Below are positions 7,544 to 18,118 of a stretch of DNA of 64,000 bases, piece by piece. The DNA is from Methanolobus sp. (lineage in GTDB: Archaea; Halobacteriota; Methanosarcinia; Methanosarcinales; Methanosarcinaceae): positions 3,210 to 67,209 of the forward strand of contig JAVEPM010000003.1 in NCBI GenBank assembly GCA_034008115.1, read 5' to 3'. Position numbers and translations under genes: made by a program. The notes below the pieces were generated by a model. The model made no database searches. It was given only the letters and a program-made list of their open reading frames with translations, and had not been told where the DNA came from. Positions within the stretch are counted from its first letter, which is position 1. Each line of letters opens with the position of its first letter.

Positions 7544-10150
7544 TTAGTTCTTTCTTTCATTCCTGCGTATCAACAAGGCAACAGCCAGTACTACCATTAC
7601 TGATGCGATGATACCTGGTGCCGGAATGGAGCTCTTTTCAACTTCCAAGATAGCTGTTGAACTGCCAACCTGTATTTCATAGCTGCCTGCTTCTTCCTGT
7701 GAAACACTGAAAGTAACATTGGTCTGTTCACCTTCATCCAGTGATACACCCTTTGAGTCTGCAACGGTTCCGTCAATGACCAGGTTCACATCGGTTTCAC
7801 CTGGAATAGTACCTGTGTTCATCACATCAACCGTGACAGTGGCCTCTTCTCCGGTCTTCACCAGAATAGGTGTGACCTGCAAATTGGAGTATGAAAACTT
7901 TGCCTCCAGTGCAAGAACTTCAAGGCTAAGTTCAGCTTCAAAATACTGATCAGATGCAGTGGTCAGCTTATGCATACCTGACTCTTTAACAGTGTATGTG
8001 AGCATGCCATCAGCATCCGTATTGCCTATGAGCTTGCTGTCATAATAGAGATCCACACCTTCCACAGGTTCCCCGCCAATAGCGCTAAGCACAGATATCG
8101 TTATGGTATCGTCTTCCACAACAAGTTCCGGTGATACTTCTATGACAAGTTTTCTGCTTGCATCTTCAGGTGATATCACTTCTACCTTTTCACTTGCTGA
8201 AACAAAACCTTCTTTTTCAGCAGTAACTGTGAAAAATCCTGTTGTTTGCGGAGTGTATGATAGCTTACCATCCTTTGATGTCTGGCCGATCTTTTCATCA
8301 TCGAACATCACAGTGACATCCTGCACAGAGGCACCTCGGGAGCTGACCTCAATTTCCACCTTTTCATTCTGTGCCAGCACAGAAGCTATGTCCATTGAAA
8401 GTGTTTTTGAGGGTAGTGTGGATACTTCCACAAATGGATAGTAACGTACATCACCAGAATCTGCAACCTTAAATGCGATATCTCCCATGATACTGATATC
8501 CTTTCCTTTGGTCAGTGAAATAGAGTTTTCATTTTTAAGGATTATCTCATCTGATGAGAAGCTTGTTACCTCCATCTCCCCGAATTTTTCATTTGATGAT
8601 ATCTCAACCACATCTTCAGATATCTGGAAGATACCTTCTACAAACACAGCGTTCGTTTCGGTTCCTCTGAAGATTTCATCAAAGTGTACTATTATGATCG
8701 GCACCTTATCAGTAGAACCGATGTCCATCTCGTAGACATAATCATCATTGGATGAAACGATACCCGTATCTACTTCCTTGCCATCTTTCATAAGTTTCAA
8801 CATTACGCTGCTGCCGTCAAGATCTACCTCTACAATGGATAGTCCGTATCCTTCTTCCAATATCAGTGAAGAACCGGAATATAGTGATTTCTTGCTGTCA
8901 TCATCGATCAGTACCTTTGAGAGCTGTCCGTCGGGCAAAAGGCTCACGTCATCTGTAAATTCATTGTCAGGATAGCCGGCAAAGTATTTCTCCGCCATAA
9001 AACCGATAAGCTGGAACTCTCCCCACTGATCATGTTCAAAACTCACATCAAGGGGCTCACTTTTGTAAATAAGATCTCCGCCTTTGATAGTCCTGCCACC
9101 AAGATCTTTTATCTCAAGGGTTTCGGTTCCCAATCCTTCGTCAATGTTGTAATAGAAGCCCTCAAAGTTAAGTGGTGTCCATATGCTTTTATTGTCCTGT
9201 GCAACTGTACCCCTAAGCTCGTATATGCCGGGTTCTGACATGTCCAGCACAGGTCCAAACCTTAATGTATTATGATCTGCAACCACAAATTTCAGTTTAC
9301 CCATAACACTTACTGTATTTCCTTTTCCAAGACTTATGGAATCTGAATTCTCCATTGTTATTTCATCAGAGCTCAGGGATTTTATCTCCATCTTCCCGAA
9401 CTTATCACCTGATTCGACCTCCACATAATCTTCAGAGATCTGGAAAATCCCTTCCACAAACACAGCGTTTGTTTCTGTACCCTGGAAAATGTTCTTGAAA
9501 TGAACTGCTATTATCGGAACATCGTCATTGGTCCCAAGGTCTTTTTCGTAAACGTAGTCATCATTTGATGAAACGATACCCGTATTTACTTCCTTGCCAT
9601 CTTTTTCAAGGGTGACAAGAACACTGTTTCCGTTTACATCAACTTCCATTATGTTAAGCTCGTATCCTTCTTCAAGCATAAGGGAAGAGCCAGAATAAAG
9701 TGATATCCTGTCATCATTATCATACAGGACCTTTGCAAGTTTGCCATCAGATATCAGACTTGCACTGTCTTTTGTAAATTCAGTATCATCGGTGTAACCG
9801 GCAAAATATCTCTCGGCCATAAATCCGACAACCTGATAGGACCCCCAGTCCTTCTGCTCGAAGCTTGTATCTATAGGAACTGTTGAGTACTCAAGATCTC
9901 CCTTTCCTATACTCCTGTCATTGTTATTGTCCAGTTTTATTGTAAGCGTTTCTGATCCTTCTCCGGAATCAAGGTCGAAATAGAATCCTGAATAACTCAG
10001 AGATGTCCACGTATATTCCAAAGAAAGGTTTTCATCTGCGTCCCATATACGATTGCCAGTGCTGTTGTTTGCAGCCATGGCAGTACCTGACAGGATTATC
10101 AATACTAATATTGATATCACTGGCAAGTAAATTTTGACTTTATTTTTCAT
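7544..10150 (-). CDS. S-layer protein: signal peptide, two DUF1608 domains, Ig-like/CARDB domains, PGF-CTERM-like anchor
   Basis: GNRIWD, YSGFYFDLDSGEGSETL and FEGFYYNIDEGLGTETL repeats, FVEGIFQISE x2. C-terminal IPAPG + TM + RRNERKN. Start at ATG 10150 after gagg. Confidence 0.9.
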   Translation of the reverse strand: MKNKVKIYLPVISILVLIILSGTAMAANNSTGNRIWDADENLSLEYTWTSLSYSGFYFDLDSGEGSETLTIKLDNNNDRSIGKGDLEYSTVPIDTSFEQKDWGSYQVVGFMAERYFAGYTDDTEFTKDSASLISDGKLAKVLYDNDDRISLYSGSSLMLEEGYELNIMEVDVNGNSVLVTLEKDGKEVNTGIVSSNDDYVYEKDLGTNDDVPIIAVHFKNIFQGTETNAVFVEGIFQISEDYVEVESGDKFGKMEIKSLSSDEITMENSDSISLGKGNTVSVMGKLKFVVADHNTLRFGPVLDMSEPGIYELRGTVAQDNKSIWTPLNFEGFYYNIDEGLGTETLEIKDLGGRTIKGGDLIYKSEPLDVSFEHDQWGEFQLIGFMAEKYFAGYPDNEFTDDVSLLPDGQLSKVLIDDDSKKSLYSGSSLILEEGYGLSIVEVDLDGSSVMLKLMKDGKEVDTGIVSSNDDYVYEMDIGSTDKVPIIIVHFDEIFRGTETNAVFVEGIFQISEDVVEISSNEKFGEMEVTSFSSDEIILKNENSISLTKGKDISIMGDIAFKVADSGDVRYYPFVEVSTLPSKTLSMDIASVLAQNEKVEIEVSSRGASVQDVTVMFDDEKIGQTSKDGKLSYTPQTTGFFTVTAEKEGFVSASEKVEVISPEDASRKLVIEVSPELVVEDDTITISVLSAIGGEPVEGVDLYYDSKLIGNTDADGMLTYTVKESGMHKLTTASDQYFEAELSLEVLALEAKFSYSNLQVTPILVKTGEEATVTVDVMNTGTIPGETDVNLVIDGTVADSKGVSLDEGEQTNVTFSVSQEEAGSYEIQVGSSTAILEVEKSSIPAPGIIASVMVVLAVALLIRRNERKN

Positions 10151-10357
10151 ATTACCCTCTACTTCGATTATTTTCATCATGAAATAATACCCATTGAATT
10201 ATTGAATTGAGCCTATATCAAACTACTCCTTGAAGTAATTAGATAGATGTTACTTATGATCATTACCATTCATTTAACTTATGCAATCATCTGAAACTGA
10301 TGATCTGTTTCCAATATTTCCATTGTTTTTTATTTGTTAGTTAATTTTTGTGATATC

Positions 10358-11602
10358 TTATTCCGGCATCCATCTTTTCATCACAGGGCGTGCTGACAAT
10401 CCATGCATGAATATGGAAATAAGTATTACCACGGTAACCAGAGCAAGGATTTCCTTACTTTGCCCAAAGTCTGCGTGATAAAATGCATAGAGCAGATAAT
10501 AGATGGATCCTATTCCACGAATCCCATAAAATGCGATGATATATTTTTTGGATCTGTTCAGATCAGTGCCCCATAAACCAATGATCCCTGTTAAAGGTCT
10601 TATAATGAGCACAACGAACAAAGCAGCAGGGACCATGTACCACTGAAAATCCTCCAGAAACCCGTGACTGATGTAAATTCCCAGTATGGAAAATAAGATA
10701 ACTACCAGAGTCCTTTCGATCTCTTCGGAAAAATCGTGCAGCACATTCAGATGATGATGTGTGGTTTCCTGATATCTGAAGGTACATGCTGCTACAAAAA
10801 CGGTGATAAAACCATATGAGCTGACCAGTTCAGCCAATCCGTAGGGTAAAAGGGTGAGACTAAGTGCTAGTAAGCCCACAGATAATGTTGATATCTTGTT
10901 CTGAGGTTTGGGACAACAATATATTATCTTTGCCAGCAGCCAGCCTGTCACAACCCCCATCAGGGCACCCACAAGGATCTTATAAAAAACATCGGTCACA
11001 AGCCATCCGGTAAACCAGAACGAAGGATGAGTTCCTATCAATACCATGGAAATAGCCATATTGGTAAAAGGAAAAGCTAATCCGTCATTTAATCCTGCTT
11101 CGGTGGTAAGTGCCATCCTTGCACTTGTGTCGTCCTTATCGGGAGGTGTGGTTTGCGTGTCAGAAGCCAGTACAGGATCCGTTGGAGCAATGACAGCTCC
11201 CAGAAGCATGGCACCGGCAGGTGCAAATCCTAAAAATCCCCACCCTACAAATGCTGTCAGGGCAATTGTTAATGGCATAGTTATTATCAGCAGACGGGTA
11301 GCATAGCGCCATGTTTTCCAGGCAAACGGTTGCTGGAGCTTAAGTCCGGCAGCAGTAAGTGAGATGATCACTCCCAACTCTGTAAGCCTTTTGCCAAGAT
11401 ACGGGCTTTCTGCAAGATGTGGCAACGGACTCTGTGGAAAAAAGGAAAACACACAAACAGATATCAGCAGATAGGCAATGGGTGCGGTGATCCGATGGCG
11501 AGGCAAAAATTGTGGGAACGTCATTGCAAGTAAAATGACAATTCCCAGGTAAACTAAAATAATGTCATAGTCTTGGGGGGAGAATATATCGATCTGGTCC
11601 AT
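10358..11602 (-). CDS. Cation:proton antiporter (CPA1/NhaP family)
   Basis: GAVIAPTDPVLA, TTEAGLNDGLAFPF, FYGIRGIGSIYYL. Confidence 0.9.
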   Translation of the reverse strand: MDQIDIFSPQDYDIILVYLGIVILLAMTFPQFLPRHRITAPIAYLLISVCVFSFFPQSPLPHLAESPYLGKRLTELGVIISLTAAGLKLQQPFAWKTWRYATRLLIITMPLTIALTAFVGWGFLGFAPAGAMLLGAVIAPTDPVLASDTQTTPPDKDDTSARMALTTEAGLNDGLAFPFTNMAISMVLIGTHPSFWFTGWLVTDVFYKILVGALMGVVTGWLLAKIIYCCPKPQNKISTLSVGLLALSLTLLPYGLAELVSSYGFITVFVAACTFRYQETTHHHLNVLHDFSEEIERTLVVILFSILGIYISHGFLEDFQWYMVPAALFVVLIIRPLTGIIGLWGTDLNRSKKYIIAFYGIRGIGSIYYLLYAFYHADFGQSKEILALVTVVILISIFMHGLSARPVMKRWMPE

Positions 11603-11841
11603 GGTTCATCTGCCTGTACGATATGAGAAACAGGATTTTCAATAATAGTTCCTTCCCAATCTATACACAAGATATTATTTGTTCTTTGACCTTGTCAGTC
11701 CTTGGCTTATTAATCTCCAAGTATCTTATTAAAAATATAGAAGACGTAATCTCACGATAACCCTGAAACCCCCAGGACTTACCTAACAGTGAAAGCTCTG
11801 CATTTCAGGACTATGATGAGAATTAGCAGATGACCCTTCTG

Positions 11842-12054
11842 TTACTTAAGCTTTAATGACCATGAATTAGCTTTCTTGGTCACACAGATATTATCCTCTC
11901 TTGCAAGCCATCCAATTGCCATTAATGCCACCTGTGGGTCAAAACCATGTTCTTTAAGATGTTTTTTAAGTTTTGCCATGTTCGATTCATCTTTTTCAAG
12001 CAACTGGTAAACACAACCTGCTGCCTCACCTATATTCAAGCACATTTCTTCCAT
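11842..12054 (-). CDS. DUF2582 winged-helix protein
   Basis: IGEAAGCVYQLL...MAIGWLAREDNI signature. Confidence 0.85.
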   Translation of the reverse strand: MEEMCLNIGEAAGCVYQLLEKDESNMAKLKKHLKEHGFDPQVALMAIGWLAREDNICVTKKANSWSLKLK

Positions 12055-12063
12055 TTTATCACT

Positions 12064-13230
12064 TCATGTAATTCGATTGTAAACATGAACCGTGTTTCTG
12101 GCAATGTTATCCCAGCTGAATTTAGTTTTAACCAGCTTTTTGCCATTGTTTCCCATAATGGGCGTAGTAGAATCTAAACCATCAAGGGCGTAATTTATTC
12201 CCCATGCTATGGACTCAGGATTCCTGTAACTTACCAGGCCATTCTGGAAATTATCAATTATATTCACCGCGTCTGTGGCAACCACTGCCTTATTAGCATC
12301 CCACGATTGAAGTACAACAATTCCAAAAGGTTCGTTCCTACTTGGAACACATGTCATATCACATGCATTTGTCCAGTCTTTGAGAACCTCATCAGGTGAA
12401 TAACCTAAGAAATGACATGAATGGTCTATACTCAGGTCATTGGCAAGATTCTGGCAATGAGGCCGCATTTCCCCTTCACCTATGAATACAAAATGTGCAC
12501 CCCAGTTTCCATCCAGCACCCTTGGAATAGCCTTTACCAAAAGGTCAGGCCCTTTCTGGTAGTTCATCCTGCCAGTGAACAGCACAACAGGTGCAAAGGG
12601 ATGGATGCCATACTCTTGTTTAATTGACCCGGGATCGACATCTTTTTCCATTTTGCCCGGAGAGATCCCGTTTGGAATCACAGATATCTTATGATCGGGA
12701 ATACTGAAGATATTCTGTACTTCTCTTTTGAAATTATCAGTAGTGATTATAACTTCTGAACTTTCATAGCCAGCTAACCATTCCCGATGGGATACTTCAT
12801 TGGATGTCACAGAGTTTAGATGCCTATTTCCGTTACGTCCCCATTCAGTACTGTGATACGTCATTACATAGGGGATATTATGTTCGTATTTGATCCGGTT
12901 AAGTGCATTTACAGGATGCCAGTCGTGTCCGTGTATAACATCAAAAGTTCCATAATCTTTCGAGACCTGAGTAAACCTTGAGTACATCGAATCGCACATT
13001 TTATTCATCTGGGCAATTATATCTCCAGATTCATCAAAACTGCATCTATGGTAATGCACTCCGTTTATTTCATCGTAGTCCCTATACCACCCACTACGGG
13101 TAAATATATGAACTTCGTGTCCTAACTTTATCAGTTGCTCTGATAACTCGGTTACATGGGGAGCCAGCCCTCCGACTTTTGCAGAATGAAGACTCTCCCA
13201 TGAAAACATTGCAATTCTCAATGATTCCAT
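12064..13230 (-). CDS. Glycosyltransferase family 4 (glycogen synthase-like)
   Basis: KVGGLAPHV, HGHDWH, TYHSTEWGR, PSRNEPFGIVVLQ; start at ATG 13230. Confidence 0.9.
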   Translation of the reverse strand: MESLRIAMFSWESLHSAKVGGLAPHVTELSEQLIKLGHEVHIFTRSGWYRDYDEINGVHYHRCSFDESGDIIAQMNKMCDSMYSRFTQVSKDYGTFDVIHGHDWHPVNALNRIKYEHNIPYVMTYHSTEWGRNGNRHLNSVTSNEVSHREWLAGYESSEVIITTDNFKREVQNIFSIPDHKISVIPNGISPGKMEKDVDPGSIKQEYGIHPFAPVVLFTGRMNYQKGPDLLVKAIPRVLDGNWGAHFVFIGEGEMRPHCQNLANDLSIDHSCHFLGYSPDEVLKDWTNACDMTCVPSRNEPFGIVVLQSWDANKAVVATDAVNIIDNFQNGLVSYRNPESIAWGINYALDGLDSTTPIMGNNGKKLVKTKFSWDNIARNTVHVYNRIT

Positions 13231-13312
13231 ATTCCCACTCACTTATGTAATAAAGCCCTAAACCCTTTATCTAAATGAATTTAACCTGTCATAAAGATTG
13301 CGAATGAATATC

Positions 13313-15304
13313 TTAATATGTCTGCAAAATATCTTCAAGATAGCAGCGTGTTATCTCAGCCACACTCCATGCCTGTGATACGCACCCTCCAGGACTGTGT
13401 GGCATATCACCATCAAATACCTCTGATATCGTGCCGATACATGCTTCATCCATGTGTTTTTCTATCATGTCCAGGAAAGCTCTGAGCCTGTCTTTCAGAT
13501 CAGGCAGCTCCTTGTACACTTTAGCATAAGCAGTTACATAAGGACCAAGTAACCATGGCCATACGGTACCGTTGTGATAGGCAGCATCCCTTGTCTTCAG
13601 ATTCCCATTATATGAACCAATGTAGTTGCTATCATTTGGTGAGAGTGTCCTTAGACCATAAGGTGTTAGTAATTCTTCAGTAGTAACATCAACAATGCTC
13701 TTTTCCATTTCATGTGAAAGCATAGTATAAGGAAGAGAAACTGCAAATATCTGGTTTGATCTAACAGCAGCATCTTTTACATTACTATCCCCTGAAACAG
13801 AAATGCAGTCATAAAGGCAGCCTTTTTTATCATTCCAGAATTTCTCTCTGAAGTTACTCTTTGTTAATGCTGAAATTTCATTGTAAGCAGAAACATCCAC
13901 TCCAAGACCTTTTCCTATTTTTGTTGCATATATCAGTGCATTATACCATAGAGCATTGATCTCACATGCTTTTCCATTTCTTGGTGTAACTTCCCAATTT
14001 TCTACCTTAGCATCCATCCATGTAAGCTGTCCTGACTGCTCTATCAGACCATCATCATCCATTTTGATATCATAGGCAGTGCCAGCCTTGTAATTATTCA
14101 GTACACTTTCGATGCTGGGCCACATACTTTCAGTAAACTCAATATCATCTGTATAGTCCAGATATCTTCCAACAGCATGAACGAACCACAGGGATGCATC
14201 CACAGTGTTATATACCGGTGACTCCGATGCATTTTCCGGGAACAGATTAGGTATAAGTCCATCTTTAGTGTAAGCTGCAAAAGTGGAAAGTATGGACCTA
14301 GCTTCATCGAATCTGCCAGTTGCAAGTGTCAGACCCGGAATTGAGATCATGGTATCCCTACCCCAATCTCCAAACCAGTGATAACCAGCGATGATCGATT
14401 TTGATTCGGTTGACCTTCGCTCAACTATAAAGGAATCACCTGCAATCACAAGTTTTCGTAAAAGATTATCATCTTTTATGCTTTTCTTTACAAGATCCTC
14501 TCTTCGTTTTTCTTCATTCTTGAAAAGTTCCAGCACTTTTTGCATATCCCAGTCTTTGTTCGTTTCTGTGGAAGCCACGATAAAACAGGAAGTATCAGTG
14601 CCATTTATTTCCAGGTCGAAATAACCCGGATTGAAGTTATCTTCTATGTGAGGATATCCCCTTGACAGTTCCACTTCATATTCAAAATTGTAGTACCAGT
14701 GTTCATCAGCCTTGTAAGGAATATTAGAATATATCTGGAATGAACTGTCTCCGCTCTTAAGTGTAGTTCCTCCGGAGAATAATTCCTGCCCAAAGGAAAG
14801 TCCTTTTGCATTGCTCATGTGGTGGATAGACCTGTTATTTACAAGTGGAAGTATCCTGAAAACTCCACGTTTTCCTGAAGGATTACTAATCTCATACTTT
14901 ACAATAGTGGTGTTTTCACCATGTAGCATCATGATTTGTTTTTTGACCTTTATTCCAGCTACACTATACAAAAAAGCAGGATGGGGATTAGAACTGAAGT
15001 TTTCAAGATATTCATTACCGTGGGGATAAACTGCGTCCTGATATTTGTGTACTGCAAGTTTATGGATATTCTCTCCAATGAACAATTCCTCATCAAGGGA
15101 TGAAAGCAGCAGTTTCCTGTCAACAGGAGGATTCACTGAAGCTATCAGCAGGCCGTGATATTTACGCGTGTTTGTTCCAATCACAGTAGAGGATGCATAT
15201 CCTCCAAGACCATTGTTAATTATCCATTCCTTGCTCGTTCCCGCTATATAATCAGTGCAGTTCATAATTGTTCCATGTTCCATTGTAGTAGTCGTTTCAG
15301 ACAT
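13313..15304 (-). CDS. Amylo-alpha-1,6-glucosidase (glycogen debranching enzyme, GDE_N + GDE_C)
   Basis: EWIINNGLGGYAS, TRKYHGLL, AGYHWFGDWGRDT, TWMDAK, YHNGTVWPW, QAWSVAE. Confidence 0.93.
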   Translation of the reverse strand: MSETTTTMEHGTIMNCTDYIAGTSKEWIINNGLGGYASSTVIGTNTRKYHGLLIASVNPPVDRKLLLSSLDEELFIGENIHKLAVHKYQDAVYPHGNEYLENFSSNPHPAFLYSVAGIKVKKQIMMLHGENTTIVKYEISNPSGKRGVFRILPLVNNRSIHHMSNAKGLSFGQELFSGGTTLKSGDSSFQIYSNIPYKADEHWYYNFEYEVELSRGYPHIEDNFNPGYFDLEINGTDTSCFIVASTETNKDWDMQKVLELFKNEEKRREDLVKKSIKDDNLLRKLVIAGDSFIVERRSTESKSIIAGYHWFGDWGRDTMISIPGLTLATGRFDEARSILSTFAAYTKDGLIPNLFPENASESPVYNTVDASLWFVHAVGRYLDYTDDIEFTESMWPSIESVLNNYKAGTAYDIKMDDDGLIEQSGQLTWMDAKVENWEVTPRNGKACEINALWYNALIYATKIGKGLGVDVSAYNEISALTKSNFREKFWNDKKGCLYDCISVSGDSNVKDAAVRSNQIFAVSLPYTMLSHEMEKSIVDVTTEELLTPYGLRTLSPNDSNYIGSYNGNLKTRDAAYHNGTVWPWLLGPYVTAYAKVYKELPDLKDRLRAFLDMIEKHMDEACIGTISEVFDGDMPHSPGGCVSQAWSVAEITRCYLEDILQTY

Positions 15305-17267
15305 TTTTATCAGACCGTTTCTTCAGAAGTTTATCCAGAAGAAGAATGTTATCAAGCATCAATGCACAACTCCAGCCAAGGGGTATGGCCCATGCAGGTG
15401 AACCTGTATATTTGTTGACCTGTTCAGGCAGCATGCCTGCTCCAGTAGCACCTTTTAGTGACCATTGGATATACTTTAATGCAGCATTGGTCAGAGTTTT
15501 AATTTCTTCTTTTCCATTGTCCTTATCATCAATAGTAATTGCTATCTCAAGTAATGCCTTTGATAACCACAGGGTTGTGACTATCCAAGGATTGCCGTCG
15601 ATATACTTATCGTCCACATATCTCTTGATCCCAAAATGATTATTTACAGGCACCCTGAGCTGCTCCTCAATATTATTTATCATGGACTCTATCATCATTT
15701 TCTCTTTTTTGTCACTGGCTGATAGCATATTAAAAGGAACAAAAGTGCCGATTATACTTGCATCAATGGCAGTGTCGATCTTTCCGTGAATGATCCCCCT
15801 GGCAAAATAACCTTCATCAAGCCATAATTTGTCGATGGTTGTACTCTTGATAAACTCAGCCCTCTGCGTCCACCTGTCTGCAAGTCCCTTCTCATTATAG
15901 TCCCTGGCCATGTTTGCCGCCCCCATAAGTCCTGCATATACGGCAGCATTGGTGTAAGTGAATACACCGCCAAAGGTCTCCCAGAGGCAGATACAATGTT
16001 CATGAAGACCTTTGGAACTTCGTCGCATAAGATATTCAGCAGCACATATCACAGTTGCCCACATACTGTCCAAAAACTCTGCCTTCATGGGTTGTTGCAG
16101 GGTACGGTAGAAACTATCCATTGCAAAGATAGTGGAACCAGTTTCATCGATCTGGGTTGAGAAACTGAAATTTCCCCATGAGGGTGCGGTGTTCCCATCA
16201 AGCCAGTAACGCTGGAACCATGAACCATCCTGAAGCTGGGTAGTTTTGCACCACTTGAAGAAACGAGAGCAATATTCTGGGTATCCTGCTTCCAGCAGTG
16301 AAGTAACAACCTCGGCGGTGTCCCTGTTCCAACAATATCCATAACCTCCACTCTTTTCAAATCCATGATCGAATTCCGGGGCAGCTACAAACGAACCTTT
16401 GCTGGAGTCACTGAGTACACTTAATGCAAGCAGTGAACGGTTAAAACCTTTGAACAGGTCCTGCCTGAATGCTTTAAAGCCAAGATATTCAGGTATTTCA
16501 AGATGTTTTTTCTTTGAGAGCCATTTGATCCATTTTTCCTGTGTCTCATTGTACATATTCTCAATAGTTTCATTCTGCACCTGTCGCATCCGCTTGTAAA
16601 GTGCCGGTCTTTTTGAAGCTGCACCAATGAATACTGTGAACTCAGCAGGCTTTGAATCATCAATATCCAGTTTCCATCCGATCGAACAGTTCAGATCACC
16701 TATATCTTCAAGATTTCCCTGGAGCTCTCCGTCTTCCATATCGTATTTGGCATTTGTCCACCAGATAGTGTCCATGGCTTTCCCGATCTGCCATTCCTGA
16801 AACATGGGACTGGAACTTATTCCCACATGGTAATTTTTCCAGTACTGTCCCAGCAGACCGGAATTATAATCGCAGAATGCCGAGTTCTTTTTGTTCATCT
16901 CCCCAACCTGGAAGTTTGAGTAATAGAAGAACTTCCCGCTGAATTTTTTCTTAGAACTTATCTTGTATTTACGCACAAGCACAGGCAGAGCAGGATGAAC
17001 AAAATCTGTGATGTGCATTACAAGACCCGATGGATGGACAAGCTCAGTAATTATTATATTTGTATTCTCTATGTATTTCTGGTCTGCCACCCATTCCCGG
17101 GCATTCGACCATATGAGGCCTTTTCCATCATGCAGACAGGCCTGTGACTCTTCAACATGTTGAGCGAAATCCCTTCCAGGAAAATAATATCCGAATATCT
17201 CACCCTTTTTCCCCACGGTCACAAGTAACCTGTCGTTGCCGACAATTGCATTTGGCTGTCGTATCAA
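15297..17267 (-). CDS. Glucoamylase (GH15)
   Basis: GYGYCWNRD, QIDETG, CLWE, LPEQVN, PLGWSCA; TTG start. Confidence 0.92.
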   Translation of the reverse strand: MIRQPNAIVGNDRLLVTVGKKGEIFGYYFPGRDFAQHVEESQACLHDGKGLIWSNAREWVADQKYIENTNIIITELVHPSGLVMHITDFVHPALPVLVRKYKISSKKKFSGKFFYYSNFQVGEMNKKNSAFCDYNSGLLGQYWKNYHVGISSSPMFQEWQIGKAMDTIWWTNAKYDMEDGELQGNLEDIGDLNCSIGWKLDIDDSKPAEFTVFIGAASKRPALYKRMRQVQNETIENMYNETQEKWIKWLSKKKHLEIPEYLGFKAFRQDLFKGFNRSLLALSVLSDSSKGSFVAAPEFDHGFEKSGGYGYCWNRDTAEVVTSLLEAGYPEYCSRFFKWCKTTQLQDGSWFQRYWLDGNTAPSWGNFSFSTQIDETGSTIFAMDSFYRTLQQPMKAEFLDSMWATVICAAEYLMRRSSKGLHEHCICLWETFGGVFTYTNAAVYAGLMGAANMARDYNEKGLADRWTQRAEFIKSTTIDKLWLDEGYFARGIIHGKIDTAIDASIIGTFVPFNMLSASDKKEKMMIESMINNIEEQLRVPVNNHFGIKRYVDDKYIDGNPWIVTTLWLSKALLEIAITIDDKDNGKEEIKTLTNAALKYIQWSLKGATGAGMLPEQVNKYTGSPAWAIPLGWSCALMLDNILLLDKLLKKRSDKNV

Positions 17268-17269
17268 TA

Positions 17270-18073
17270 TTATTCTCCCTTATGCAAATGTTCTATCTTA
17301 ACGTCTTTGGGGGCAGGTGATACCTGATGCTCACAGAAAGCATTACCCATGCTTTTGCATATTGTTTCGCGAACCTGAACTGTTGTATCCAATGATTCGG
17401 AAATGTACCCGGCAAAAAAACCGCTCATATACGCACATTTAGGTACATCACTTCCTTCATATTCATCAGCAATGAACGAGTCAGTGACCCTTAGAGTTCC
17501 TGTCTTATCCACAGTATTCATTTCATAGTCAAGAGTACCCCAACCAGAGGCCATAAAGAGTTCTTTTAACAGATCCAGGAAATTATTGTCGTTCACATCA
17601 ACCATATCTCTGAAATATTGTACAACACCTGTTCCACTCTTCAATCCTATCATAGTTAGCAATCCTTCTGACTGTGGTGCGTTTTCATTGATAATATTGA
17701 GGATATTCACAAAGGTCTTTACCCTGATTATAATAGCTCTTTCACCCAGCAGATGCAGGGGAAATTCCACCGTTTGAATGGCTCTGTTCTTTGAAAAACC
17801 CCAGTCCAGGTTAAGTACGACATCCATTTTTCCAAGTTTATCTGCAATGCTTTTGATATCCTTGTTCTTTTCAACTTCTGTGAACATGACGTACTTGCCT
17901 TTGCTCGGGTCTTCCGAGCTATCAAGATATGCAAATCTGATATCAAGTCCATTTTCTGCAAAGAACGATGTTATGTCTGCTTCAGAACGTACTGTGTTCT
18001 CGTATGTGATTTTGAACCAGACTACTTCTGCTTCTTTATCAATCTTAGAGAACATGTAAAGATCTCTTACCAT
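17270..18073 (-). CDS. ACT-like + V4R domain protein
   Basis: C-terminal V4R: SGWGTL, DSFIA, PKCAYMSGFFAG, RETICKSMGNAFCEH. N-terminal ACT-like beta-alpha-beta-beta-alpha-beta pattern. Confidence 0.8.
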   Translation of the reverse strand: MVRDLYMFSKIDKEAEVVWFKITYENTVRSEADITSFFAENGLDIRFAYLDSSEDPSKGKYVMFTEVEKNKDIKSIADKLGKMDVVLNLDWGFSKNRAIQTVEFPLHLLGERAIIIRVKTFVNILNIINENAPQSEGLLTMIGLKSGTGVVQYFRDMVDVNDNNFLDLLKELFMASGWGTLDYEMNTVDKTGTLRVTDSFIADEYEGSDVPKCAYMSGFFAGYISESLDTTVQVRETICKSMGNAFCEHQVSPAPKDVKIEHLHKGE

Positions 18074-18118
18074 GTACAACACTCCCTATAAGCCATTTGA
18101 TCTCAAACAATATAATTG

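Noticed and set aside
8480-9800. DNA-level repeats inside the S-layer gene (e.g. gatgaaacgatacccgtat twice)
   Set aside because: Explained by the tandem DUF1608 domain duplication.
11760-11825. Possible second degenerate IS605 right end (gaaagctctgcatttcaggactatgatgag)
   Set aside because: The hairpin does not pair and there is no TCAC/TTCAC end; too weak.
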